In this document: positions 39,469 through 48,936 of the stretch, in pieces
Numbering within the stretch: the first letter of the stretch is position 1
Layout: each line of letters starts with the position of its first letter
NCBI GenBank assembly: GCA_945883435.1
Contig: CAMCXK010000002.1
Coordinates: 4,051 to 68,050, forward strand
DNA length: 64,000 nucleotides
Reading direction: 5' to 3'
Source: Chthoniobacter flavus
GTDB taxonomy: Bacteria > Verrucomicrobiota > Verrucomicrobiia > Chthoniobacterales > Terrimicrobiaceae
The notes under the pieces: model-generated
Told to the model about the DNA's origin: nothing
Databases searched by the model: none
Seen by the model: only the letters and a program-made list of their open reading frames with translations
Made by a program: the position numbers and the translations under genes

Positions 39469-40353
39469 TCAGGACGAAAGAACCCGGCAAGACAGGCCGT
39501 CGCTGGCTCCCGGAGGAAGAGTGCGGAGGCCAAGCCCACTCTGAATCGCATTCGGATAGGCACTCCACGGCTCCACACAAAAGAACGGCGAACCGGGAGC
39601 TTCGGTCCAAGTCGTCACACAAGCCCATGGAGAGGACGATTGAAACCCGATCGAACGCGTGCCGTCGCGACGGACCAGCGTGACATGGTTCAGATCCGGA
39701 GCGTCATGAAACCGGTCGATCCAGGCGGGATCGGCCAAGGTGTTTTGTAAACCGCCGCAAGGCTCGAAGACGATATCGCCCGTGGATGGGTTCTGGTGGC
39801 CCCAGCGCTTGCAGGGGATATGCAATAGCCAGTCCGGACGCTCGATTGCAGGAATGGAAAAATAGTAATGGTGGCCGGCCGTCCACGGAAGCGGGGTTGA
39901 TCCGGTATTGGTCACACAAAAGGCCGTTTCGAGCCAACCGGGACCAATCGTGTGCGTCACGTCGAATGCAAAGTCGAATGGGAAACAAGCGCGCGTGGTA
40001 TCGTTGGAAACGAGGCGGAGCGTCACCCGGTCGGCGGCCGCATCCACAACATGGAACGGGGAATCCTTGGCAAATCCATGCATGGGCGCGGTGCGAATTG
40101 TGCCTTGGGCATCCCGCCAGAGCCCCAACCGTCCGTTGTCATAGGTGCGGGCGATAAAGGGAAAAAGCACCGGGTTGCCTCCGCGGACCTTGACGACGCG
40201 GTCCCAGTTGGCATCGGGTGGCCAATCGATCACCGCATGGCGCCCGGTGTGCCAGCGCAGGAGCTTGGCTCCATGGGAAGCGGTCACCAGCGCAGTGGCA
40301 TCGCCGCTGTGGATTTCAAGAACCGGTTGGTTTTGGAAAAGACGGGCATTCAT
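39469..40353 (-). CDS. Aldose 1-epimerase family protein (galactose mutarotase-like fold)
   Basis: 294 aa after trimming to the ATG at 40351-40353, which overlaps the ispG stop (ATGA). Motifs GGNPVLFPFIAR, APMHGFAK, PWTAGHHYYF, CVEPW. Confidence 0.75.
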   Translation of the reverse strand: MNARLFQNQPVLEIHSGDATALVTASHGAKLLRWHTGRHAVIDWPPDANWDRVVKVRGGNPVLFPFIARTYDNGRLGLWRDAQGTIRTAPMHGFAKDSPFHVVDAAADRVTLRLVSNDTTRACFPFDFAFDVTHTIGPGWLETAFCVTNTGSTPLPWTAGHHYYFSIPAIERPDWLLHIPCKRWGHQNPSTGDIVFEPCGGLQNTLADPAWIDRFHDAPDLNHVTLVRRDGTRSIGFQSSSPWACVTTWTEAPGSPFFCVEPWSAYPNAIQSGLGLRTLPPGASDGLSCRVLSS

Positions 40354-42056
40354 GGATCGATCCAGCGGCCGTGTTCCTGAATGAGATCCACCAATCGGTC
40401 CACTGCCTCGGCCTGGGGGATGTTGAATTTCACGGGTGTCTTGCCCACGTAAAGGTTGATTTTTCCGGGGGCCCCGCCGACATAGCCGAAGTCGGCATCG
40501 GCCATTTCGCCGGGACCGTTGACGATGCAACCCATGATAGCGATTTTCACGCCTTTGAGGTGGTTGGTGGCGGCCTTGATGCGGGCGGTGGTATCCTGCA
40601 GGTTGAACAATGTGCGGCCGCAACTCGGACAGGCGACATAGTCGGTTTTAAAAATGCGGACACCAGCAGCTTGAAGGATATTGAACCCGAGGCGCAGGGA
40701 ACCGGACGCCTCGCCCCGCAGAAGAAACGCATCGCCGATACCATCGCAGAGCAGCGCTCCAACCATCGCGGCGGTGGACAAAATCCGGTTTCCACGGGTA
40801 TCCGCGCTTTCTTTCAACAAGATCGGATGCCGTTCCTCGACATGGGCGGCGAGCCAACGGAATTCCGCCAATCCCGAGACTCCGTCCGGCAGGGTGACCA
40901 ACCGGGGCTCCGGGGAAGCGTTCAGCCTGTCGAGCATGGACTGGTCGCCGGGAACAACTTCGCAAGCCGCATCCAAAAGAACATCGGGCTGGGATTCCTC
41001 CCGGCCGGGAACCGGGTCCGGAAGCGCAGTTCCAACAGGGAGGGCGATGCGCACCGGATGTAATCCCCCGATAGCGCGGCCGTTGACGAAAACTGGTTCA
41101 CTGGCACGCCGCCGGTAAACAAAGGGATCGGAGGGGAAATCGGAAAAGGCCAGCTTGTGGGTTTCAAAAATCCGAACCAGATCCCGCGCCACGGGGATCT
41201 CCCGCACGGCGTCCTCGGTCAGTGAGACACGGATCGTGTCACCGATCCCGTCGGCCAGCAGCGAACCGATCCCGATTGCGCTTTTGATGCGTCCATCCTC
41301 TCCATCGCCGGCCTCGGTGACGCCCAAATGAATCGGGTAGTTCCAGGATTCCCCGTGCGGATCGGCATTGGTCAACTCCTCCAAGCGCGCCACCAGCAGG
41401 CGGTAGGCCTGGATCATGACCTTGGGGTTCGAAGCTTTCATCGAAAAAACCAAGGCATGGTAGCCGCTGTCGCGGGCGATGCGTGCGAACTCAAGGGCGC
41501 TTTCGACCATTCCAAGCGGCGTATCGCCGAAGCGGTTCATGACGCGGTCGCTCAAACTGCCGTGGTTGGTGCCGATCCGCATCGCAATGCCACGGGCCTT
41601 GCACAACTCCACCAAGGGCGTGAAGCGGGCATGGATGCGCTCGAGCGCCGCGGCATATTCGATGTCGGTGTATTCACGCACCGTGAATTTTTTCGAGTCG
41701 GCGAAATTGCCGGGGTTTATCCGCACTTTGTCCACCCAGCGGGCGGCTTCCATGGCCGCCTCGGGCTTGAAATGGATATCCGCCACGAGCGGAACCCCGC
41801 AACCCGCGGCCTGGAGAGCGTCGCGAATTGCTTCCAGATTCCGGGCATCCTTCACCGTCGGCGCGGTGATGCGGATGATTTCACAACCGGCCTCGGCAAG
41901 TTCGAGGGCTTCGCGCACACAAGCGGACGTATCCATCGTGTCACTGGTCAGCATCGATTGGACGCGGACGGGATTGGCGGCACCGACCGCAGTGGCACCG
42001 ATGCGCACCTCCCGGGTGGGACGTCGGGCAGTGGAGACCCGGAAGGGGGGAGTCAT
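40350..42056 (-). CDS. ispG: 4-hydroxy-3-methylbut-2-en-1-yl diphosphate synthase, long form with inserted domain
   Basis: 568 aa after trimming to the ATG at 42054-42056. N-terminal TIM-barrel motifs (VRVQSMLTSDT, IIRITAPT, PLVADIHF, RINPGNF). A ~200-aa insert. C-terminal Fe-S domain with CPSCGRT and IMGCIVNGPGE. Confidence 0.92.
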   Translation of the reverse strand: MTPPFRVSTARRPTREVRIGATAVGAANPVRVQSMLTSDTMDTSACVREALELAEAGCEIIRITAPTVKDARNLEAIRDALQAAGCGVPLVADIHFKPEAAMEAARWVDKVRINPGNFADSKKFTVREYTDIEYAAALERIHARFTPLVELCKARGIAMRIGTNHGSLSDRVMNRFGDTPLGMVESALEFARIARDSGYHALVFSMKASNPKVMIQAYRLLVARLEELTNADPHGESWNYPIHLGVTEAGDGEDGRIKSAIGIGSLLADGIGDTIRVSLTEDAVREIPVARDLVRIFETHKLAFSDFPSDPFVYRRRASEPVFVNGRAIGGLHPVRIALPVGTALPDPVPGREESQPDVLLDAACEVVPGDQSMLDRLNASPEPRLVTLPDGVSGLAEFRWLAAHVEERHPILLKESADTRGNRILSTAAMVGALLCDGIGDAFLLRGEASGSLRLGFNILQAAGVRIFKTDYVACPSCGRTLFNLQDTTARIKAATNHLKGVKIAIMGCIVNGPGEMADADFGYVGGAPGKINLYVGKTPVKFNIPQAEAVDRLVDLIQEHGRWIDP

Positions 42057-42057
42057 G

Positions 42058-43437
42058 CTACTTTTTCGATTCCACAGCGGGCGGCGAACCCGAGGCCACG
42101 ATGTCGCCCACATCATAAAACGTGAGATAGAGCATAAAGCCGACCAGCGCCAGCGCACAGGCGGTTTGCACCGCCTCCAGCACGCGGATGCTGATCGGTT
42201 TGCGGCGCACGGCCTCGATGAGGGCCAGGGTGATGTGACCACCGTCTAAAACAGGAAACGGCAGGAGGTTCAGCAACGCAAGGTTGACATTGATGAGCAC
42301 GCTGAAAGCCAAGGCGATCCGCCAACCGTTGTCGGATTCAAAAATCTGGTAGTAAAGCCGCATGATGCCCACCGGACCGCTAAAATGGGCGGCTTTGACA
42401 TCCGAGGCCGGCGAGACAAGAGCCCCGACCATGCGGAAAATGCTGGTGGCTGCATCGCGCACTTGCGTGAACGGGTTGGGATGCACGAGCGTGGTGCGGC
42501 CCCACTCGATGCCAAAATCAATGGGAGCGGCATCCTCAGTGGCCGGCGGAAGGAGCATGGACAAAGACACCGGACTCCCGTTGCGTTCAACAGTGAACTC
42601 CGCCTCCTGCCCGCGGCGGGCATCGATCACAGGGCCCAAATCCGACAAATTGAAAACCGGAGTGCCTTGAATCGCGGTGACAAGATCCCCGGCTTGGAAT
42701 CCCGCCTTGTCCGCCAGACTGCCCCGAACCACAAACCCCACCCCGGGAACAACGCGCGGCCCGATCTGCACCTCCCGCAAGGCCGGACGCCTCCAGCTTG
42801 AAGTCTCGGGTTTTGTCCAACCCGTATCAAGTGTGATCAGTTGGCCGTTGCGCTCGACGGTGAATGGGATTTTCTCGCCTTCGCTGCGAACGATCCGCCA
42901 TTTCACGCTGTCAGTCCCCGTGAGAAAGTGCTTCACCGGCTTTCCGTCCACCGCCACGATGCGGTCTCCCGCCCGCAATCCAGCCTCGGCCGCCGGTCCC
43001 CCCTCGCGGACATAGCCGATGACAGTGGTGTCGAACTCGCTTTGCGGTTTTCCAACCACCCACACGAGACAGGCCATCACAAAAGCCAGACCCAAGCTGA
43101 AGATCGGACCGGCGGCCGCGACGATGATTTTATCCAGCGGCTTGACCGGTGGCAGCGACTCGCGGGACTCGGCGGACTCGCCCTCCAGCGCCTCCATGGG
43201 AGCCAGCTGGGGAATCGCAACAAATCCGCCGGCCGGGATCGATCCCAGCCGGTATTCCACTCCATTGATGGTTTTGCTCCAAATCGGTTTGCCAAACCAG
43301 ATCGCAAATTTTTCGACCTTCAGACCGCGCCAGCGCGCCGCCAGAAAATGGCCCCACTCGTGAACCACGATCAGCAAGTTGAAGATAAAAACGACCTCCA
43401 AACAGATGAAGAGGAATTTCAAGACGTCAAAAACCAT
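42058..43437 (-). CDS. rseP: RIP (site-2) zinc metalloprotease RseP
   Basis: 459 aa. HEWGHFLAARW (HExxH) in TM1, PDZ region(s), and C-terminal NLLPFPVLDGGH. GGAGG lies 8 nt upstream of the ATG. Confidence 0.92.
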   Translation of the reverse strand: MVFDVLKFLFICLEVVFIFNLLIVVHEWGHFLAARWRGLKVEKFAIWFGKPIWSKTINGVEYRLGSIPAGGFVAIPQLAPMEALEGESAESRESLPPVKPLDKIIVAAAGPIFSLGLAFVMACLVWVVGKPQSEFDTTVIGYVREGGPAAEAGLRAGDRIVAVDGKPVKHFLTGTDSVKWRIVRSEGEKIPFTVERNGQLITLDTGWTKPETSSWRRPALREVQIGPRVVPGVGFVVRGSLADKAGFQAGDLVTAIQGTPVFNLSDLGPVIDARRGQEAEFTVERNGSPVSLSMLLPPATEDAAPIDFGIEWGRTTLVHPNPFTQVRDAATSIFRMVGALVSPASDVKAAHFSGPVGIMRLYYQIFESDNGWRIALAFSVLINVNLALLNLLPFPVLDGGHITLALIEAVRRKPISIRVLEAVQTACALALVGFMLYLTFYDVGDIVASGSPPAVESKK

Positions 43438-43697
43438 AAGGGACCTCCACCATCAACGAGCAACGGGAAAATTCAAGCCCAAGCCTCCCGGGGCGTGCGG
43501 GAATGCCAAACTCCGACTTGCCGCCGAACGTGAAATCCCGCCGGCTTCCGGCGATGGGGAGGAGTCGTTGAGACCCGAGATCGATCGCACAATCGCTTTT
43601 GCAAATCCGGTTGTTGAAGTTTGCTGTTTTTTTGTTTGGGACATGTCAGAGTGCCTCGACTTCCAGCGACACCACTCCCTTTTTGCAAATTCCCGCC

Positions 43698-44399
43698 ATG
43701 AATCCGGAAAATTTTGAAAATGTTCCATTATCGGTCAAAACGCCGCATTCCATGGACCCGTTGAAATTCGCCTGGACGCGCTTCACAAGCAATCCGGCAT
43801 TCTATCTTGCGTTCGGCGGAATCACGCTGATCGCATTTCCACTCGCAAGCCAAATGACCAGTGCCATGGTGGTATTCTTTTTCACGACGATTGGCGCCTC
43901 CGTGGAGTCCGGCGACGCGTTTTCGCTGCTTGGTCAATTTCTTGGAAGTCTTTTATCAATCCTCATCGGCTGTTTGTCGGCTCCATTCTACGCCACCTTC
44001 TTTGTGGGTATGAAAACGGAACATGATGGCGCGAACAGCTCGATTTCAAGGCTTTTCGACATCGCCGCATATTTCTTGGATGCTCTTCTCATCTGTGTTC
44101 TGACTGGTCTGCTGGTATTCATCGGCTTCCTTTTTTGTATCCTGCCCGGTATCGTCCTGGCTCCACTCATTCCGATTAGTTACATCTATCAGGCGCGCGG
44201 CGCCTCCGGGTTGACGGCGATTGGAAAGGCTTTCAAGCTGGTCCAAGCCCAACCCTCGATTCTTCTCCACAGTCTGGGCTACATGGTCTTGGGAATTCTT
44301 GGCGTCCTTCTGTGCTGTGTCGGGCAGGTTGCGACTCTGCCGATCGCTTATGCGGCCATTTACAAGGCTGTTTGCGACGCGGATCTTGCGATGGCCTGA
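43698..44399 (+). CDS. Hypothetical polytopic membrane protein (low-GC gene)
   Basis: 233 aa after trimming to the ATG at 43698. About 5-6 hydrophobic helices and no recognisable motif. GC is 43-52% in four counted 60-nt rows, against ~67% in a gyrA row. Confidence 0.55.
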   Translation: MNPENFENVPLSVKTPHSMDPLKFAWTRFTSNPAFYLAFGGITLIAFPLASQMTSAMVVFFFTTIGASVESGDAFSLLGQFLGSLLSILIGCLSAPFYATFFVGMKTEHDGANSSISRLFDIAAYFLDALLICVLTGLLVFIGFLFCILPGIVLAPLIPISYIYQARGASGLTAIGKAFKLVQAQPSILLHSLGYMVLGILGVLLCCVGQVATLPIAYAAIYKAVCDADLAMA

Positions 44400-44428
44400 C
44401 TTTGAGCCCGCAATGTGTATCGGCGCAT

Positions 44429-45457
44429 TTATGCAGCCGTTTCCGCTTCGTTGATCGCGTCGAGCAGGAGTCTTAACAGTCCGAAGTCGCGCTTGTGGGG
44501 CACCAGAACGAGTCGCACCAAATGGTGAAGATGGGCATCGTCGGCCTCCTCCTCAAGGGCTCCTGTCTGCGTGAGTCCTCCGGAGGCGAAGACTTCGTCG
44601 AACCGGACATTCAAATCAGCCACCGCGGAGGGCGTCAGTGCCTTCCGGATGCGGATGACCATTTTCTCGCGCACCCAGCGGTAGGAGTGGAAATTCCGGT
44701 AAAATGCGGCAATGTGTCGGATCGCCTCGTCCACGTCGTAGGTCACGTGAATGAGGTGAAAGTCGCTTTCGGACACCAGGCCGTTTGCCAGAAGGTCGTT
44801 TTGAATGAAACGCCGCCATGTTTCCCAATAGTGCCCGTTCGGGCGGTCGATCATCACGATGGGAACGATCGGCATTTTGCCGGTTTGCATGAGCGTGAGG
44901 ATTTCAAACCCCTCGTCGTGGGTGCCGAACCCGCCCGGGAAGAGGGCAAAAGCGCTGGTTTCCTTCGCGAAGTTCAGCTTGCGGGTGAAAAAATAGTTGA
45001 ACGTGATGAGCTTCGGATCGCCATGAATCGTGGGGTTGGCCGCCTGTTCGAAGGGAAGCCGGATATTGAGTCCGAAGCTCTGCTCGGCCCCGGCGCCCGA
45101 TTGGGCAGCGCCCATGATGCCATCTCCGCCGCCGGTGATGAGCATGTAGCCGTGCTCGACGATCTTTTTTCCAAACTCGACAGCTTGGGCGTATTCGGGT
45201 TGGTCCGGCTTGGTGCGGGCGCTGCCGAAGACCGCAACCTTGCGGGATTTTTTGTAGCGTGAAAAAACCGCATTGGCCGTGCGAAGTTCCTTGAGGGCGC
45301 GGCTCATGAGTTTCAACTCGGCGATGGTCGCCCCGTCGGTGGCGAAGCCGAGGGCGGACTCGATCATTTCCCGCACATACCGACCGGCCTTGCCATGCGC
45401 CACGCCGTCGGCGAGGCAGGCCACCACATTGTCACTCCCGGATTTGCTCATAAACAC
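44429..45457 (-). CDS. LOG family protein (TIGR00730-type Rossmann fold; PpnN-like nucleotide 5'-monophosphate nucleosidase candidate)
   Basis: 342 aa. VAVFGSAR, ITGGGDGIMGAA and PGGFGTHDEGFE (the PGGxGTxxE LOG signature), plus ~70-aa N-terminal and ~100-aa C-terminal extensions. Confidence 0.8.
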   Translation of the reverse strand: MFMSKSGSDNVVACLADGVAHGKAGRYVREMIESALGFATDGATIAELKLMSRALKELRTANAVFSRYKKSRKVAVFGSARTKPDQPEYAQAVEFGKKIVEHGYMLITGGGDGIMGAAQSGAGAEQSFGLNIRLPFEQAANPTIHGDPKLITFNYFFTRKLNFAKETSAFALFPGGFGTHDEGFEILTLMQTGKMPIVPIVMIDRPNGHYWETWRRFIQNDLLANGLVSESDFHLIHVTYDVDEAIRHIAAFYRNFHSYRWVREKMVIRIRKALTPSAVADLNVRFDEVFASGGLTQTGALEEEADDAHLHHLVRLVLVPHKRDFGLLRLLLDAINEAETAA

Positions 45458-45500
45458 CCTGTAGCACCACGGGGTGCGCGAGGCGATGGCCGGAACAGGA

Positions 45501-47702
45501 TTATTTTTTCGACACTTCGAGACGGAAGGCCGTCACGGCAAGCGGAGGAAGGTTCACACACATCGAGTGCGGGCGGTTCTGCCAGCTCCAGCCTTCGTCG
45601 GCGGGCACCATGCCCATGTTGCCCACATTCGATCCGCCGTAGGTGGCGGCATCGGTGTTCAGGATCTCGCGGTGGATCCCCGGAGCGGAAACCCCCACCC
45701 GGTAGCCCGGGCGCGCCACCGGCGTCGCATTCACCACGAAAAGCACCCGCGTCCCGTCCCGGGCGATGCGCTCGAACGACCACACCGAGTTGTCGGCGTC
45801 ATTGAAGTCCACCCACTCGAACCCTTCATAGCCATCGTCCTGGTCGTGCAGTGCGGGTTCGTGGGCGTAGAGCCAGTTGAGGTGCTGCACGAGGCGGCGC
45901 AGGCCGTCATGAAGCGGCTCGGTGGTCAAATGCCAATCGATGCTGCGGGCGTGGCTCCACTCGGCGGTCTGGCCGAATTCCATTCCTTGAAAGACCAGTT
46001 TTTTGCCCGGATGGGCCCACATCCAAGCGAGAAACATCCGGCAGTTGGCGAATTTTTGCCAATGGTCGCCCGGCATTTTTCGGATCAAAGAGCCCTTGCC
46101 GTGCACCACCTCGTCGTGGCTGAGGACCAATATGAAATGCTCCTGGAAGGCATACAGCATGGAGAATGTGATCTCGCCCTGGTGATAGCGGCGATGCACC
46201 GGTTCTCGGGCGATGTAGCGCAGGCTGTCGTTCATCCAGCCCATGTTCCACTTGAAGCCGAAGCCCAAGCCGCCGTCGTAGGTGGGGCGGGACACGCCGG
46301 GCCAGGCGGTCGATTCCTCGGCGATCATGGCCACGCCGGGAAAGCGCGCGTGGCAAAGTTCATTGCAGCGCTTGAGAAAATCGATCGCCTCGAGATTCTC
46401 GCGACCCCCGAAGAAGTTTGGAAGCCACTGGCCCTCCCGGCGCGAGTAGTCGAGGTAAAGCATCGATGCGACGGCATCCACCCGCAGGCCGTCGATGTGG
46501 TATTCCTCAAGCCAGAACAGGGCGTTTCCGATGAGAAAATTCCGCACTTCATTGCGTCCGTAATTAAAGATGAGCGTGCCCCAGTCCTGGTGTTCGCCCA
46601 GGCGCGGGTCCTCGTGCTCGTAAAGACAGGTGCCATCAAAGCGGGCCAATCCATGCGCATCTTTGGGAAAATGTCCGGGCACCCAATCGAGGATCACTCC
46701 GATCCCCGCCGCATGGCAGCGGTCGATGAAAAACCGGAACTCGTCGGGGTTCCCGAACCGGCTCGAGGGCGCGTAGTAGTTCACCACCTGGTAGCCCCAC
46801 GACCCGTCGAACGGGTGCTCCATCACCGGCATCAATTCGATGTGCGTGAACCCCATTTCCTTCACATAGGGGATGAGGCTCTCGGCGAGTTCCCGGTAGC
46901 TCAGCGGACGGTCGCCCTCCTCGGGCACACGCTGCCAGGACCCGAGGTGCACCTCGTAAATGCTCATCGGCGAATTGTAGGGATCGCGCCGGGCCCGGTC
47001 CTCCATCCAAGCGCTGTCGCTCCAGGCAAAGCGCCCCGCGTCGAACACCATGCAGCCTGTTTCCAGGCTGTGCTGCGCGTAGAGCGCGTAAGGATCGGTT
47101 TTCAGAAACACCTCGCCATGGGGGCCTCGGATTTCAAACTTGTAGTGCGCCCCCTCGCAGACGCCAGGCAGGAAAATCTCCCACACGCCGGATGGCACCA
47201 GTTTCCGCATGGGATGCCGACGTCCGTCCCAGCCGTTGAAATCCCCCACCACGCTCACCCGTTGGGCCGACGGGGCCCATACGGCAAAATGCACTCCGGC
47301 GGTTCCCTCGACCCCGAGCAGGTGCGCGCCCAGCTTGCGATGGATGTCAAAGTGGTTCCCCTCGCGGAAAAGATGGACATCCATCTCGCCCAGAACCGGT
47401 CCGAAGGCATACGGGTCGCGCTCTGTGGACACCGATCCGTCGTGGCGCGTGGATTCCACAAGGTAGCCGCTGCCCGAATCCAATTCCACGTCTCCCTCGA
47501 ACAACCCGGTTCCTCCGCTTTCCACCAGCGAGAACCTCCGCCCGCCCGGGCCGATCAAGACCACCTGGCTTGCTCCCGGATGAAACACCCGCGCCGTCTT
47601 GCGGGCTCCATCGCCGCGGATTCCCAAAATGCGAAACGGGTCGCAATGCCGCGCTTCAACCAAAGGATAAAAATCGTCGTCGGGGAGGGTGGATGGATTC
47701 AT
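45501..47702 (-). CDS. glgB: 1,4-alpha-glucan branching enzyme
   Basis: 733 aa. GH13 catalytic regions DWVPGHF, GLRVDAVASMLY, AEESTAWP, LSHDEVVHGK. N-terminal CBM48-like region. Confidence 0.95.
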   Translation of the reverse strand: MNPSTLPDDDFYPLVEARHCDPFRILGIRGDGARKTARVFHPGASQVVLIGPGGRRFSLVESGGTGLFEGDVELDSGSGYLVESTRHDGSVSTERDPYAFGPVLGEMDVHLFREGNHFDIHRKLGAHLLGVEGTAGVHFAVWAPSAQRVSVVGDFNGWDGRRHPMRKLVPSGVWEIFLPGVCEGAHYKFEIRGPHGEVFLKTDPYALYAQHSLETGCMVFDAGRFAWSDSAWMEDRARRDPYNSPMSIYEVHLGSWQRVPEEGDRPLSYRELAESLIPYVKEMGFTHIELMPVMEHPFDGSWGYQVVNYYAPSSRFGNPDEFRFFIDRCHAAGIGVILDWVPGHFPKDAHGLARFDGTCLYEHEDPRLGEHQDWGTLIFNYGRNEVRNFLIGNALFWLEEYHIDGLRVDAVASMLYLDYSRREGQWLPNFFGGRENLEAIDFLKRCNELCHARFPGVAMIAEESTAWPGVSRPTYDGGLGFGFKWNMGWMNDSLRYIAREPVHRRYHQGEITFSMLYAFQEHFILVLSHDEVVHGKGSLIRKMPGDHWQKFANCRMFLAWMWAHPGKKLVFQGMEFGQTAEWSHARSIDWHLTTEPLHDGLRRLVQHLNWLYAHEPALHDQDDGYEGFEWVDFNDADNSVWSFERIARDGTRVLFVVNATPVARPGYRVGVSAPGIHREILNTDAATYGGSNVGNMGMVPADEGWSWQNRPHSMCVNLPPLAVTAFRLEVSKK

Positions 47703-47831
47703 CGGTTTGGGTTTAATTCAAACCCTGCGGCTTGAACACCCCGAATCATCCCATCTGGGGACAACACCCCGGCGTGTTGCCGCCGCAGGATTTGATTGCA
47801 GGGAAGCGATTCCTCGGCCTTGCTGGGAGGC

Positions 47832-48929
47832 ATGCCGGTCATCCGCCACATCCTCCGCGAGAAGGGGCTTCTTTTTGGGCTCGGAGTCTTGGGCTTTTTC
47901 AGCACGGCGGGGGCATCCTGGCTCTCTCCGGTGTCCTCGTTGGCGCAAGCCGGCGGCTTGCTGGCGGTCCTGCTCGCCGCCATGCTGGCGTGCGCGTTCG
48001 GCGTCGTGCGCCACGCTGATGCGTTGGCCCACCGCTGCGGCGAGCCTCTGGGAACCTTGATCCTCACGCTGAGCGTGACCGGCATGGAGGTCGGCATGGT
48101 TTCCGCCGTGATGCTGTCGGGAAAAAGCAATCCCGCGCTCGCACGCGACACGATGTTTGCAGTGGTCATGATTGTTCTGGGCGCGTTGCTTGGAGTGTCG
48201 CTTCTCCTCGGAGCGTTCCGGCACAAGCGCCAGGAGTTCAACCTCGACGGGGCGGGGGCCTTCTTATCCCTCATCATTCCCCTCGCAATCTTCGGCATGG
48301 TCATTCCGAATTTCACCACCACCACGGACGGCCCCACGTTTTCCCATTTTCAAGGACTCGTGCTGGCCGTTCTTTGCGTGGCGACCTACGCGCTGTTCCT
48401 GGGTGTTCAAACCGTCTGGCACCGCGACTTCTTTGCACGCTCCGGCGAGGATCATTCGCACACGGAGGAACCCGGCCCTCCCTTGTCTTTCAGCGTGCTC
48501 TTGCTCTTCGCGTGCCTCGTCCCGGTGGTTCTCCTGGCCAAAAAACTCGCGCTGGTTTTGGAATACGGCACCGAGAGCCTCGGAATGCCCCACGCCGTGG
48601 CGGGTGTGGTGGTGGCGGCTCTCATCCTTGCTCCGGAGGGTTTGAGTGCGGTGAAGGCGGCCTGGCAAAACCAACTGCAACGCTCGGTCAACCTCCTTCT
48701 CGGCTGCGCCCTCGCCACCATTGCCCTGACGATTCCATCCGTCCTTGTCGTGGGATTGCTCAACGGTCGGGAAATCCATCTTGGCCTTCCCGCCTCGGAA
48801 GTGGCGATTTTGGGTGTGATGCTGGCGATCTCGCTGCTCACTTTCAGCCGGGGAAAAACAAACGTTCTGCAAGGCGCGGTGCACCTGCTGGTTTTTTTGT
48901 TCTGGTTGGCCTTGGTCTTCGAGGCGTGA
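47832..48929 (+). CDS. Ca2+/H+ antiporter, CaCA family (ChaA-like)
   Basis: 365 aa after trimming to the ATG at 47832. About 10-11 TM helices. Alpha-repeat-like segments GTLILTLSVTGMEVG and LILAPEGLSAVKAA. Confidence 0.8.
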   Translation: MPVIRHILREKGLLFGLGVLGFFSTAGASWLSPVSSLAQAGGLLAVLLAAMLACAFGVVRHADALAHRCGEPLGTLILTLSVTGMEVGMVSAVMLSGKSNPALARDTMFAVVMIVLGALLGVSLLLGAFRHKRQEFNLDGAGAFLSLIIPLAIFGMVIPNFTTTTDGPTFSHFQGLVLAVLCVATYALFLGVQTVWHRDFFARSGEDHSHTEEPGPPLSFSVLLLFACLVPVVLLAKKLALVLEYGTESLGMPHAVAGVVVAALILAPEGLSAVKAAWQNQLQRSVNLLLGCALATIALTIPSVLVVGLLNGREIHLGLPASEVAILGVMLAISLLTFSRGKTNVLQGAVHLLVFLFWLALVFEA

Positions 48930-48936
48930 GTGAGTC

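Noticed and set aside
45474-47735. 753-aa + strand ORF opposite glgB
   Set aside because: This is the same codon-aligned shadow-frame artefact: (47702-45474) mod 3 = 2. glgB has clear GH13 catalytic motifs, while the antisense product has none.
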